Source: Squatina squatina
Taxonomy: Eukaryota
Length of the DNA stretch: 34,334 nucleotides
NCBI GenBank assembly: GCA_031763465.1
Contig: JARFOE010000004.1
Coordinates: 9,173,690 to 9,208,023, forward strand
Reading direction: 5' to 3'
Made by a program: the position numbers and the translations under genes. The notes beneath the pieces are model-generated. The model worked only from the letters and a program-made list of their open reading frames with translations. It had not been told where the DNA came from and ran no database searches. Below are positions 1-11,827 of the stretch, one piece after another; within the stretch, counting starts at the first letter, position 1; each line of letters begins with the position of its first letter.

Positions 1-61
1 CCTCCTCTTGCTCCTAATTCTTATGTTCTGAGAATGTAGACAGGGCATTGTTGAACACCTT

Positions 62-140
62 ATTCAGAAAATGGCACCTGCAACAATGCTGCACGATATC
101 ACTACTGCATTGAGGTGTCAGCCTATGTGATACGCTCAAG
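62..140 (-). mobile_element. DeuSINE-type (SacSINE1-like) SINE fragment
   Basis: ggcacctgcaacaatgctgcac...actgcattgaggtgtcagccta aligns by eye with the reverse complement of the SINE at 11181 and with the copy at 27313. Confidence 0.65.
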
Positions 141-142
141 CG

Positions 143-193
143 AGATATAGATAGATGATATATAGATTATGATATATAGATAGATAGATAGAT
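143..193. repeat. Imperfect (GATA)n microsatellite
   Basis: agatatagatagatgatatatagattatgatatatagatagatagatagat. Confidence 0.85.
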
Positions 194-243
194 TTCATAG
201 TGTCTAACTTGTACTAAAAACATCCAACCCTTCTCATTGACAG

Positions 244-360
244 ATCTGTGACTTTTTGAAAGATGCTAAAACCGAATTGATTAAGGACCAGATGGTCCCA
301 TATGCAATTAAGAAAGACGTGTGGCTTGGATACGATAACCTGGAAAGCTATGAGGCGAAA
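244..360 (+). CDS. CHIA: Internal exon of a GH18 chitinase (acidic mammalian chitinase-like), paralogue A; chitin-insertion domain region
   Basis: cag|ATC...AAA|gtatgg boundaries, 117 nt, phase 0/0. Translates ICDFLKDAKTELIKDQMVPYAIKKDVWLGYDNLESYEAK, matching the vertebrate chitinase pattern IC.FL...Q.VPYA....W.GYD...S...K. Exact orthology (CHIA vs another GH18 paralogue) is not resolved. Confidence 0.9.
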
Positions 361-3300
361 GTATGGTTTGTGTATTCTGAACTGTACTGATCTATAAACT
401 TTTGTTCTAGCGGAGAAAAATTTCAGAAAATGTTAATATGCTAATATCTCTCAGCATAATTTCAGGACCCAAGTGTTTTACAATAAAACTATTCTAATCC
501 ATATTATTTAAAAATATAAAAATATAGCGCGAGCAAATGCTCACATTGATTTGGTCCAAAACTATTAAAATTTTAATAAATTTTGAATTTACAGCATAAG
601 AGACATCAGAACATGTTTGTGCATGAAACATTGCACCGATAAAACATGCAGCTGAATTTTGAAAAAAGTCTTTGCAATGTATTGGAGTGTTGCGATAGAG
701 GCTCAATTAAAAAAAAAATGCTTTCAAAAATCTTCTAACTTTGAATTGGAATGCACACAAAGAAATAAATCATTTCTGCAACAGAGGCTGTATTAAGCAA
801 TGTGGATGACAGCAATTCACTGTCATAGAGATGTATTTAATATTGTGCTGGAAGTGACACCACTAAAACATTAAACAGAGGAGAAGGAGAGCCAGCTACA
901 GCAAAGTGACATTGAGAGCTTTCAGAGCCTGTTACTGTGTTCATGCTCCAGAAACTCTTAAAGTACATTAAGCCACAACATTAGCTTTGGAAATTTCACC
1001 GTGCTTGAAAATGTATCAAGAAGCCATTAAGGATGTTACAAAGAGCAGCGCAATGAATTTTGCAGAATAGCATTTGCAAATACACTATCTGAGACTGTCA
1101 TTGGATCAACTTGTTTTTAATGTAAAGTGACAAATAGTCACTGTTTTTTAAAACTTTTTGCAATCAGTAAGTTGCTTTATTCAGAATTCTTTTTATAGAT
1201 TTTCCAATACTCTCGGGCAAATAATACGTGCATTATAAAACATGGCTTCACTGGATGCAATGATTTTGACTGAACAACCATCTTCTTTATGATATATATT
1301 TGAGTTCCACATGCAAGTCTTATGTTTACATTCATAAATATTTACTGTAGTAAAAGCAAAACAGTAAAAATTTGATGAATAGGGATCACAGTTTTCTTAA
1401 ATCATATTTCCTGGTGAACATCTTGACAACTCATTAACATTTCAAGGAATGTGGTGATACCAACTTCTATCAGGTTGACTGTAACTTGGAGCAAGCTCCA
1501 GTACTGGAAGGATAATTTGGAAATAGTGAATGAAAATCTAGGTATGATTTTTATAATCATAAGTCTGATTATTTAGCTGTGAAGTGAAAGCAAGTGCCAA
1601 AGGAATCATTCACATGGCCACAAAGCCCTGGTATATGCGCAGCTTCCCTTTCCCATTGGAAACCAGGCTAAGGAGCTGGGGACTTAGCCACTCCTTTCCT
1701 GCCCCAATCTGATGGGATGTAATTTTAAATTGCAGGGTGCAAGGACACCCACCTCAAGCCAGCGGGGTCCTCTTTAAATATGCAGATCNNNNNNNNNNNN
1801 NNNNNNNNNNNNNNNNNNNNNNNNNNNNNNNNNNNNNNNNNNNNNNNNNNNNNNNNNNNNNNNNNNNNNNNNNNNNNNNNNNNNNNNNATGAAGCGGTTG
1901 GCGCGCTCTGACAGGAAAGATGTAAAACAGATGGCTGATTTGCTTTCACCCATTTTACATTATCGTATAAATCCAAAATCTACCCTATAGATTCCAAACC
2001 GTGGAGGAAAGGTCCACTCACAGGAACTGCTAGGAAACATTATTTTTAAACCTAAATCTTGATACTTATGTTGAAACAATAGCCTGTGACTATTTGTAAA
2101 GTATTGCTAAACAATTCAATGTAATGAAACCCTATTGATCACTGTAAGCAAAGGCAACAACATGTGATTTCTCGTTTTGACAAGAAGAACTTGATCAATA
2201 CAAGCCAATAATCAATGCAACTGCTGTTCACTAATGTTGATTTTCATTGTATTTAACCAATTTTCAACTTCTGAACAGTGGAACATATCTGCAGGGCTGA
2301 TTTTGTTGCTGGACCAATCGCTTCCATTTCCCGGACACCCGCTTTAGCCACTTACCTGAGAGCCGCTGCTGGTGCCTGATCTTCCATTCTGCTTCCTCAG
2401 TGAGCTGCCTGTTAGTGTCTGCAGCTCGCCGTCTCTATAGTAACAAGGCCCGAGGCCCAATATCGGGCTTTTCCATTCAGGCGCAGGAATCAAGCTTAAT
2501 AAGTTGTATATGTTGTCCTATTGTAGTTTACAAGAAGCCTCTATTGGAACAGGATGGCTTTTATTCTTTATATCTTTTGTTTTAAATTTTCTTGCTTTAA
2601 ATTATTAGTAAATTACCCTTCCTAATCCAATCAGGTTTGGCTCCTAAATCCAGTCAGCAGGTCAGGGTGAATTGAAAGGCATGATGATGAATCTGTCACA
2701 TGGAAAACACAAGTCAACTTGAATTGGACAGGAGTGTCAACCCTACTGAGGTAACTGGACTGGTATACTTGTATTTTTTAATATTTAGATTTCAATAATA
2801 TTGTTAATGGGAGAATCACAACACTTCGAAGATGGAATCAGATGACATCTTTCACTGATGTCACAAATCATTCATCATTTAAACATGAAGTTTCAGCAAA
2901 TATTTTCAGAGCATTTTGCATCAACAGCTACACACAGGAAATGTGTATTTTTATATATTATGGGCTATGGTTTGTAATATGAGTGGCAGCTTTTTGAAAA
3001 TCATTATTATGGTTATGAAATATGATCAAGGTTTAATCTATTAATTTTTTCTCTTTCTTTCTCAAATATACATTACACTCAGACAGGCTACTCCCAGAGC
3101 CCTAGCAATCCCACTGGGAGCTGTAGAAAAGCACCCCAAGCTGATTTACAATGCCACTTTCCATTCATCTTGTGGGCAAGTAATCTGGGGTGGGAATTGA
3201 TCTGCACCTGATTTCCGGACCAGACTCAGTGTTCTGCAGGCAGGGTGAGCCCCGGGAGGGTGTTATGGAAGGCAGGGGTGAGGGAGCACGTGATCGTGAC

Positions 3301-3474
3301 GACTGTGGAGTCGTGGGAGCACCTTTGCTTCTGTTGACACTACAGGCGTTTTTTTTATTTTTAAGAACATAAGANNNNNNNNNNNNNNNNNNNNNNNNNN
3401 NNNNNNNNNNNNNNNNNNNNNNNNNNNNNNNNNNNNNNNNNNNNNNNNNNNNNNNNNNNNNNNNNNNNNNNNNN

Positions 3475-3712
3475 AGGCAAGAGTACTACCCATTGAGCCA
3501 CAGCTAACACGGCAGCCAATTTGCACACAACAAGGTCCCAAAAGCAGCAATGTGATAATGACCAAATAATCTGTTTTAGTGATGTTGGGTGAGAGGTAAA
3601 TATTTGTCAAGACACCGGGGAGAACTTTTCCTCGAATAGTGTCATGGGATCTTTTACATCCACCCGACAGGGTGGACAATCCATCAATTTAACATCTCAT
3701 TCACAAGAGGCA
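3475..3712 (-). mobile_element. DeuSINE-type SINE fragment(s)
   Basis: Reverse-strand tRNA-like head end (gagtactacccattgagccacagctaacac) and Deu-like body (gccaatttgcacacaacaaggtccca...gggatcttttacatccacc), homologous to 11181-11574. Confidence 0.75.
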
Positions 3713-6700
3713 TAATCTAAAAAGTAAACGTAAAGGAGAGGTGTCCAATAAGCAAAGACTCAACAAAATAGGAGTACAATAATACAACACAGTTTTACGA
3801 AGTATATTTTCAAATACAAAAGCAGCAAATCACAATGTGCCACTTTATATCGCTGAGCGGCAGTAGGAGAAGAACTGCTGAAAGTCATGAAATTGTGCAT
3901 TGCCCTTCTTATCATATATTTCTATGGATTTACCTGTCATAATGAGGCTTTCATTGGCTTTTGCAGTGCCTCCAAAATATTGCCATTTTTGGCCACCGGA
4001 AAATGAGAAGTGTCGTGAATCAGGTGTGCTGGCCTTTGCACCTGATTGGACAATCCTCACTCATGTTGAACAAGGCTCTACACCCTCAGTGAGGAAACCT
4101 TCCAAAAATAAGCCTTGAATGTGAAAGGGCCATGTAATGATGTCATTTAACCACGAGTAATCGTGCTGCTCAGTCATGGATGAAGAAAATATTTTTTTCT
4201 AAGTATTCAATCACAGCTTTAGAATGAAAAATAGAACTATTGTCATTTTTTAATAATAAAGAATGTAGAAATGTCACTTGCTTCAGTCTCGGTCCTGAAC
4301 AGAGCTGAAATGCCCGTATTAGGAGTAGAATTTTGTACAGTGGACTCCTGTCCTTAGAGAACTAGGTTAAGACGATCAAATCTCAAGTCATTTGTGCTTC
4401 CTAAGTGCTGTCAGTAAGAGGTGACATGGAATCCATCACGCTTTCTTGGATTAGATCAGAATCTGGATCTTTTGTGGTGAAAGTCACTGACAGACTATTG
4501 CTTTGGCACTGATGAATAAATCCACTTGTGCGGATTCTTTAGAGAAGATTTTGCGTTCGATGCACCTTGAACGCACGGTTTAAATAATGAAGTAATTTTA
4601 GCCACACAGGCCTGACAACCGGTCATGCAATGGATGACCAACTCACCTATGCTGTCTCAGTCTTATAACTTCNNNNNNNNNNACAACATTGCCCAGGTGA
4701 GACATCTGAAGAACGTTTGCTGAAGGAAGATTGTTGAAGATAACTGCTACGGAAGCCTCTGGAGGCTGGTATGTTGGAGACAGAGAGTGGGTCTATGTTC
4801 CCCAGGGACAGTCACAACAGAACAGCAAAAATAAATGTAGTGCCTGCAGTGCCATGATATATTGGTACTCATCTAACAGTGCCAGCTAGATCCAGTCCAG
4901 TATACTATTGTAAAAACAGTTCCAGTTTGATTTCAGTTTTGACTACTTTTGCTTCAAATTGCCTGCTTTATAATAGTTTTTAATAATGATTGGTATTCTT
5001 TTCCACGTCTCTTCAAATAATAGATGTGCTGAACTAAATGTAAAACAAATGGTTCCACTTTTTAAAGACAATTTTTTCCTAAAAAGTCTGATGATTGCTA
5101 ATAAAAATGACAAAAATAAACATATGCTTCTGAAAAATAATTACATCCTTGCAATTTTTTTACTTGAAATAATGAGAATGTGACCTTGCTTTCTGACTGT
5201 CTCCTAACCTCTCCTTCCCCCATCCGATTATTCTGTCCATGCATCATTATGATTGTGTGGCATCTTGCCAGTCCAATTGGGCTCAATTACATCAGGTCCC
5301 ATCAATGACTGAATCTCGGTGACAACTCTTTCCCCTCATCATCAGAGGTTGGAAGTCAGCAGTGCCTTCAAATATTATATCCCTTATTATCTTTTTGGCT
5401 TGCAAGACCTAGATTTGCCCGCTGTAGATATGCCAAAGTACACAGCCAAGTAATGGTAGAGGTCAATTAACAGTGCAAATCATACCACACCCACAGAATA
5501 CTAATTTACCTGGCACTCTGCAGAAAGCAAACTGATTTTATCATTCAACATCTGCTACAATGATATTGAATACTGAGAATATTCTGATATGGGAATAATT
5601 GATCGTTGTGTAAAAGAGCAGGTGTTGATACTTAAATATAGGACATATTTTTAAAGGATAGCAGAAATGTTACAAAAAAATGTCAAGAGCTTGAACCACC
5701 TGATATTTCATTCTCTAATGTTTCGTTTGGTACTGACAGGCCCATGTCCTTCCACAGGAGACATGTAGGATGCAATATGCACCATTCCCTCAGAACAGAA
5801 TGCGTCCAATATGCTACTACATTGCAATTAGGTTATATTGCCTAATGTAACAAGATAACTACCCTGTAGTTTTCAAAGCTGACTGGATGTAATGGTTTCT
5901 AATTGCTGTATGTAACAAATCTATTATCAATAAAACGAACATCTTTCAGAGGTGGTGTTGGGACCTTGGTATTACTGGTGTAAACTGTACGACCCAGAAT
6001 CATGCCTGTGCCCTCTGCCGCTGTTTATGACCCACAGGAGGCAGCCATTCGGTCCATCAACTCCTTGTCTACTCCCAGGACAGCAATGCCACTGGGGCCC
6101 CTGCATCCACCTAGNNNNNNNNNNNNNNNNNNNNNNNNNNNNNNNNNNNNNNNNNNNNNNNNNNNNNNNNNNNNNNNNNNNNNNNNNNNNNNNNNNNNNN
6201 NNNNNNNNNNNNNNTGAGCAAGAGAAGCTACAGTACCCTTTACTTTTGTGTTTTAAATAACAAGCCATTGAAAATTCCCCATTCCTCACCTACTGACCAG
6301 TACTTCTCCCCAGGGCTTAATTATAGTAAAGTTGCTCCTGGAAAATTGTGATATTATGGAGTTTTTTTTTCCAACTCATGAACATATTTAAAGAAGGGTA
6401 AGAAAAGACCAGACAAGTCAATGCTCACCCTATGCATTAGGCAGGACACTACCTTCCCTTATCTTTGCCGATCATTATTAATGTTAACTCAAAGAGGAGG
6501 TAAAAACCCAAAGAAACATGAGTTACATATTCTAGACTTTTCCTGTTTGGACCTAGCTAACAGAGTGTTTCGACTGAATGTGAATTAGATTAGCAATGTA
6601 AAAAGAAAGGCAGATTTCAGCATGTTTTGCTGTGGTCATACGTAGATTTTAAAATTAGCGGACCCATTGCAATCCTGGCAATTGCACATGTAAGTGCTGC

Positions 6701-7759
6701 ATGGGGCGTATCTTTGGCAGGATCTGACCCATGTCAATTGAAGTCCAGCTGGCTTCCTGCCCATGACATTCCAAGCCAGAATAAAAAAAATTGAATTTAC
6801 TTTTCTTTGAGGTCCAGGTCCCCAGTAAGTCTCAAGAGTCGGAACTCCAGCTTAGGGAGTCCTTGCTCTTGGGTGCTCCCTTAGTCCTTAGTTAACTCCC
6901 TTAGTTACAGCAGAGGTCTGATGTAACCCAGTCTTCCCTATTGTTTGGCAATTCTGCTCCAAAGATGCAGCAGAAGACCAGTAGATGCCAGTGAAATTTT
7001 GAGGCCCGTATACCGATATTCACAGGGAGCAGTCGCTTCAAAGCCCTGTACTAAAATATAGTTTACTGAAACATGAGCTATGCATAAAACCCTTATGTAA
7101 GCCTGGTATTATTTATACTGTGTTATGACAATTTTGCCAAATATTGTTGGGTGCTCAAAAGCTGATCATATTCCTATTCATATTAAAGTTAGCAAAATTA
7201 TTTTGTGTGACAATATAATTGCAGCCATTTGTAAGCATCAGAAGTAATGTAATTATGCTGTCAAATGCAGAATAATAATTAATTTTATTGTGTTAAAATG
7301 TGAGAAAAGAATAACTGACATATTAATTTTAGCTTTATGAGTCACTTCTGTGTTGCACCAAAGAACCTCGTTAAAAATGAATCAAGTGGCTGACACTTTT
7401 TGTGGTTTATTTCCAGACAAGGACAACAAGATCAATGCTTGCCAGACGGCAATGGACGTTGCATACACGTGAAAAAAAATCTAAGCTTAATGCTAAATTC
7501 AACAAAGGCTATTCATTCTTTTAGCATGTTACAAAGGAAACTTTGCTGTTTAGAATGCATTTTTTTAAAACACAATGATACAAAAATAGCCTTCTGGCAT
7601 TGAATTTCCTCAGCGATTCTCTACTCATCCACCATAATTATGGCACAAGAATTATGAAAACCCCAGACAAACGGTGTTCGTTCTCTGATGTTGTCAACCA
7701 ATTGCACTATTCCTTGTGATTCAGAATAGGGTGCATCTCAGAACAGATGGAACATAAAC

Positions 7760-8057
7760 ATGTGTATATGGACTTTCAAAAGGCATTTGATAAACTGCCA
7801 CATAACGGACTTGTTAGCAAAATTGAAGCCCGCGGGAGTTATGAGGAAGTAATAGTGTGGATACAAAATTGGCTGGGATACAGAAAGCAGAGAGTACACT
7901 TTAGGAAGGATGTTAAGGCCTTAGAGAGGGTGCAGAAATGATTTGCAAGAATGCTTCCAGGAATGAGGAACTTCAGTTAAGTGGATATACTGGAGAAGCT
8001 GGGGTTTTTGACAAGGTCTCACACAAGAGATTAGTGCGCAAACTTAAAGCACATGGT
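7760..8057 (+). mobile_element. Three non-colinear CR1-clade LINE ORF2 (RT) fragments
   Basis: Translations VYMDFQKAFDKLPH...WIQNWLGYRKQRV, HFRKDVKALERVQK*FARMLPGM and FDKVSHKRLVRKLKAHG are typical CR1 RT motifs. Confidence 0.9.
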
Positions 8058-8297
8058 ATGATTAACTCCGACCAGTCCTACATGGTCCTGGACTGGACCA
8101 TCCATTATAACATCCATCTGGTCAGGGACCTGGTTCACCATTCCCAGAGGGCTGATAGGTCAGTCGCCTTCCTTTCCCTGAATCAGGAGAAGGCATTCAA
8201 TAGGGTGGATCACAAGTACCTCTTCGGGACTCTGCATGCATTCCGGTTCGGGATGCCTTTTGTTGCCTGGATCCGACTTCTGTACGCTGCTGCTGAG
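8058..8297 (+). mobile_element. Tx1/L1-superfamily LINE RT fragment
   Basis: MINSDQSYMV..TIHYNIHLVRDLVH...AFLSLNQEKAFNRVDHKYLFGTLHAFRFG..FVAWIRLLY matches Tx1-type RT motifs (DQ.Y.V..R.I..N..LVRD; LSLDQEKAFDRVDH; F..WI.LLY). Confidence 0.85.
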
Positions 8298-8473
8298 ACA
8301 TCTCCAACATCTCCCATTACGCAGTACATTGCTCCATTAGACAGGTCACCAAAGCACTCTACAGGAAAAGAAGGCAGTACATATCCTTCCCTTAGAGCCG
8401 CCAGGATCAGCAAGACAGAGCTGTGGGCTTTGCCAATATAGCCGGCTTCCCGAGCATGCAGGGTGCCATCGGT
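8297..8473 (+). mobile_element. PIF/Harbinger (HARBI1-like) DDE transposase fragment, inactivated
   Basis: The frame from 8297 reads DISNISHYAVHCSIRQVTKALYRKRRQYISFP*SRQDQQDRAVGFANIAGFPSMQGAIG. This matches Harbinger ISQ..V...I..VT.AL......I.FP and GFP.V.GAIDCTH. One in-frame stop, and it truncates at the first catalytic Asp. Confidence 0.82.
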
Positions 8474-9087
8474 TAAGTCTCCCAAGCACAGCACTTGACA
8501 ACACAAAACCTCCTCACCCACCAACGATCTATGATTTGACTGACCTAAGCAGTGCTTGTATCTCCAGAACGATTCCCTTTAAGGGCTGAGGTGACCTGAC
8601 ACATGTTTGCAGCTCCTTAGATCAATTGCTGACTTGGCCCACTGAAACCAGTAAAGTTGCATTAGCGCCGATCAGTGACCCATTAGCGCTGATTTTTGCA
8701 TGAGTTTTTAAGCTGCCCGAAAAAAATTCTCAAATCACAGTTTTTGGTCCCCTTGCATTTCAAACGCAGGGCAGACCAAATGGGCCCCTGCAGTGTTTGT
8801 TGGATCAGCAGAGTTGCTCTACAGTAAAGGCTGAGGAGCTGGGAGATACAAAACTGAGGCATTACAGCACCAGCACTGGCAGTAGGGTGTAGTATGACTA
8901 GTTCAGTATTTTCCATTTCAAATGTGGATATTTAATAAAAAATTTATAATGGGTAAAGTTGACAATAAGAAGCAAAGTTTTCATACAGGAAGTGCATACA
9001 GACAAAAGATTTGTTAACATATGAGAGATAGTAGCAATAGGATGCGGTTCAATTTTAGTTGGATTACATATAATAATTCATCCAAAC

Positions 9088-9223
9088 CAGAAATCTCAAG
9101 GATGTCCTTCAATGTGTTGGTCAAAGGGTAAGTTCCTTCATTGCATTTAGTTCCACTGAAATCATCCATATCCAAAGGCCACACCATGGCACCTCCAAAG
9201 TTGTTATCCTTCAGCCACTGACC
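9088..9223 (-). CDS. CHIA: Exon of GH18 chitinase paralogue B encoding the end of the TIM barrel; may instead be a terminal exon reading through to TAA at 9014
   Basis: gtag|GGT acceptor. Translates [45 protein letters not shown], the classic [21 protein letters not shown] motif. The 3' boundary is uncertain: weak donor G|gtttgg at 9088, or read-through to 9014. Confidence 0.93.
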
Positions 9224-10347
9224 CTACAGTTTAAAAAGATATAAAAATGTAATTAAAAATTGTGTTTAAAATTGCCATTTTATTGAAACCTAATGCTTTT
9301 CCATCTAAAAAATGTTCTGCTAGATGTATTGGCTCTGAGATCCCTCTCCTATAGCTCAGAGGAATACCCAGCTCCCAGGCATACGGGAGAGGTAAAAGGA
9401 AAGAGACCCATGGCACTTTTACATTGGTTTGAGCTTTCTGGGGCTTCCCCTGGGGAAGAGGAACAGGTGCAGGTATCGTAATGCCATGGAAATGGGGCGG
9501 AGCGGCCTGTCAATGGCTCCTCACTCAGTTTCCCCTGGGAATGATGGTTATTTAGTGAGAAGACTGGATAAACTCTCATTTAATTCCCCCTCAGATTGGC
9601 GGCTCCGAAAGTGCAGGCAGTAAGGTGAGGAAAGCCTAAAAACTTAAGATGTGTTTTTTTTTAACATGGGCCTATTGAATTGTTGGGGCTGGATTCAGGT
9701 CAGGCTGGATTCAGGTCAGGTGAGGCACAGTGCACTTTGGGTGCGTTGTGGTCAGGATAGCAGCGAGGTGAGGAATATTGCTGCCATCATTTCCAGATGT
9801 ATTTTTTTCACATGAGCATATTGTTCCAAGATTATTGCAGCCCGAGTGTACTGCGCTATGTTGTTTTACTATCAGAATTCATATAATACCTTGAAATAAG
9901 GTTTTTCCAACTTGACTATGTTTATTGTTATTCCAGTGAATAATGGCATTAGGCATTCTTCCGCTCAAAACAAATCCACTATATTGTGCTTGATCTCAAT
10001 TACATAGTTTCTTACACATATGCTCCAGCTCATACATTCTCAGTGTTTCTGTTAGTTAACCCTTATGAGATCCTGTTGCTCATAGCCTATCACAATGATG
10101 TTCTGCAAAACTTATTTTTGTATCCAATTCAGTGCCTAAATGATATAACACAATGTGTGATTGTTTTAAAAAAAATGGACAATATTATGTTACCAGCTTT
10201 CAAACTGATGACTGAAAAAGCCCCAGTGATTTACCTTTATAAATAATGTTATCTTATTGTGACCTATGTATATCTCTGTTATTGAACTGCAAACTGAATA
10301 CTTATGGCATATGTGTGAAGTTCTGGAAATAAATTTATAGCACATAC

Positions 10348-10464
10348 CTTGCGTATAAAGCTCTGCTGATCGTCATATCCAACCCATTGATTACCCTTGA
10401 ATGCATAAGGAGCCTGCTGATCTTCAATCAATTGTGTGGTCGCAGTTTTCACAAATGTACAGAC
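10348..10464 (-). CDS. CHIA: Internal exon of GH18 chitinase paralogue B
   Basis: cag|GTC...AAG|gtatgt, 117 nt, phase 0/0. Translates VCTFVKTATTQLIEDQQAPYAFKGNQWVGYDDQQSFIRK and is in frame with the flanking exons. Confidence 0.95.
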
Positions 10465-11180
10465 CTGTCAATCAAAATCAGTAAGTATTGTTAACATCTC
10501 AGACAAATCAATCCTGTTTTTCCATAGCTGCAATCCCATTGATAATCAGCATTAGGTCAACTCCCACTGTTAATTAATAAAAGATATTTAACTGTAACAG
10601 AAGAAGAATGTTGAAATTTTATTTGGAAAGAAAAATTCCTTCTAAAAAAAAAGCAGGTATTACAAAAAATATTTCAACAGGATATTAAATATTTAATGGG
10701 TGTGATATTATCTTTTTAATGCTAACAATTTATCTTATTAATGTGAGGGTTTTTCACAAAGGGGACGGAATTTTTCATCTCAGCAAGTCTTTTTCAAGGA
10801 CAAATATTGTAGACTTTTTAAATGATCGTAGCGCTGTATGAAAATATCAATTTTTCTCCTTTTGTAATAAATATTATACACACACATATATACAGAGATA
10901 ATATTTACTTTATTATCATGTGTCTGCAGAGTATGAAAACCTATGTGGAACGAGATGGGAGATACTGAAATGTGACGTGTGCTGTTTATTGGACTGTTTG
11001 GAGATACGAGGGCTAATTTTTAATGGCACACATCTGGCACAGACCATCACCGGATGGGGAAACCGTGGCCTTGCTTCCCATAATGATCGGTCAGTTCATT
11101 TTGGAAAATCGGCCGTATAGTGTAGTTAAGGAATTTAAAAAAATTTAATGCATAGCTTTTCCTAGCATCTATAAACCTTC

Positions 11181-11574
11181 GGGTGTCAGCTTGGCTCTGT
11201 TGGTGACACTCTGAGCCCAGAGTCAGCAGGCTGTGGATTCCATGTCAGGACTTAAACACATAATAAAGGCTGAAACCCTGGAGCATTACTGAGAGAGTGC
11301 CCTGTTGGTGGAAGAGCTGCCCTTTAATCAGATGTCAAACTAAATTCCCATCTCCCTGTTCTGCTGGTAAAGATCATTTGGCAAAGTTTGAAAAAGAGCT
11401 GGGCCCGACATTCCTGTGTATAACATCACTGAAACTGATTAACTGGGCATTCATGTCATTGCTTTTTGTGGGATCTTTCTGTATGCTAAATGCCTGCTGT
11501 GATTGTTCTCTGTATATGATGCACACTGAGATGTCTCTCAGAGCCCATTGAGATGTGTCCTAAGGTGCTGTATA
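11181..11574 (+). mobile_element. Near full-length tRNA-derived DeuSINE-type (SacSINE1-like) SINE in chitinase B intron
   Basis: tRNA-like head with A/B-box-like segments (gtgtcagcttggctctgttggtgacactctgagcccagagtcagcaggctgtggattcc), Deu-like core and L2-like tail ending aaggtgctgtata. Several other copies occur in the window. Confidence 0.8.
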
Positions 11575-11729
11575 GGCCTGGAATTTCCCTGAAGGTTCTT
11601 CTGATTGGCGACCATAGTCTTGGTGGAAGATTTACAGAATCAGCATAAATGGCCGATTGTGCCATTTTGCCGGGGTTTCCATTGAAGTTACGGTGGGAGG
11701 TCGAGGAACCACCAAGGAAATTCCAGCCC
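11575..11729. mobile_element. 155-bp MITE (PIF/Harbinger-like) inserted at the SINE tail
   Basis: Terminal inverted repeats ggcctggaatttccctgaaggttc / gaaccaccaaggaaattccagccc, imperfect over ~55 bp and flanked by TA on both sides. Confidence 0.75.
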
Positions 11730-11827
11730 TATGTTTTTAAACAATTTAATCCTGATCACTTTCTATTTAAGATAAACTTCGGAGAATTTATCATGTGATA
11801 AATTAATAACATGTTCATCATAATTAC

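Noticed and set aside
3845-4118. Overlapping ORFs on both strands, plus a short signal-peptide-like frame (MKLCIALLIIYFYGFTCHNEA...)
   Set aside because: No recognisable domain or convincing splice signals; lengths are compatible with chance.
6901-7007. Minus-strand ...DLCCN* resembling the CCNW end of CBM14
   Set aside because: Upstream residues lack CBM14 cysteine spacing, and the segment begins with a MITE-like terminus (gggcctcaaaattt).
7938-8441. 167-aa ORF as a real gene
   Set aside because: It is a patchwork of CR1 RT, Tx1 RT and out-of-frame Harbinger sequence.
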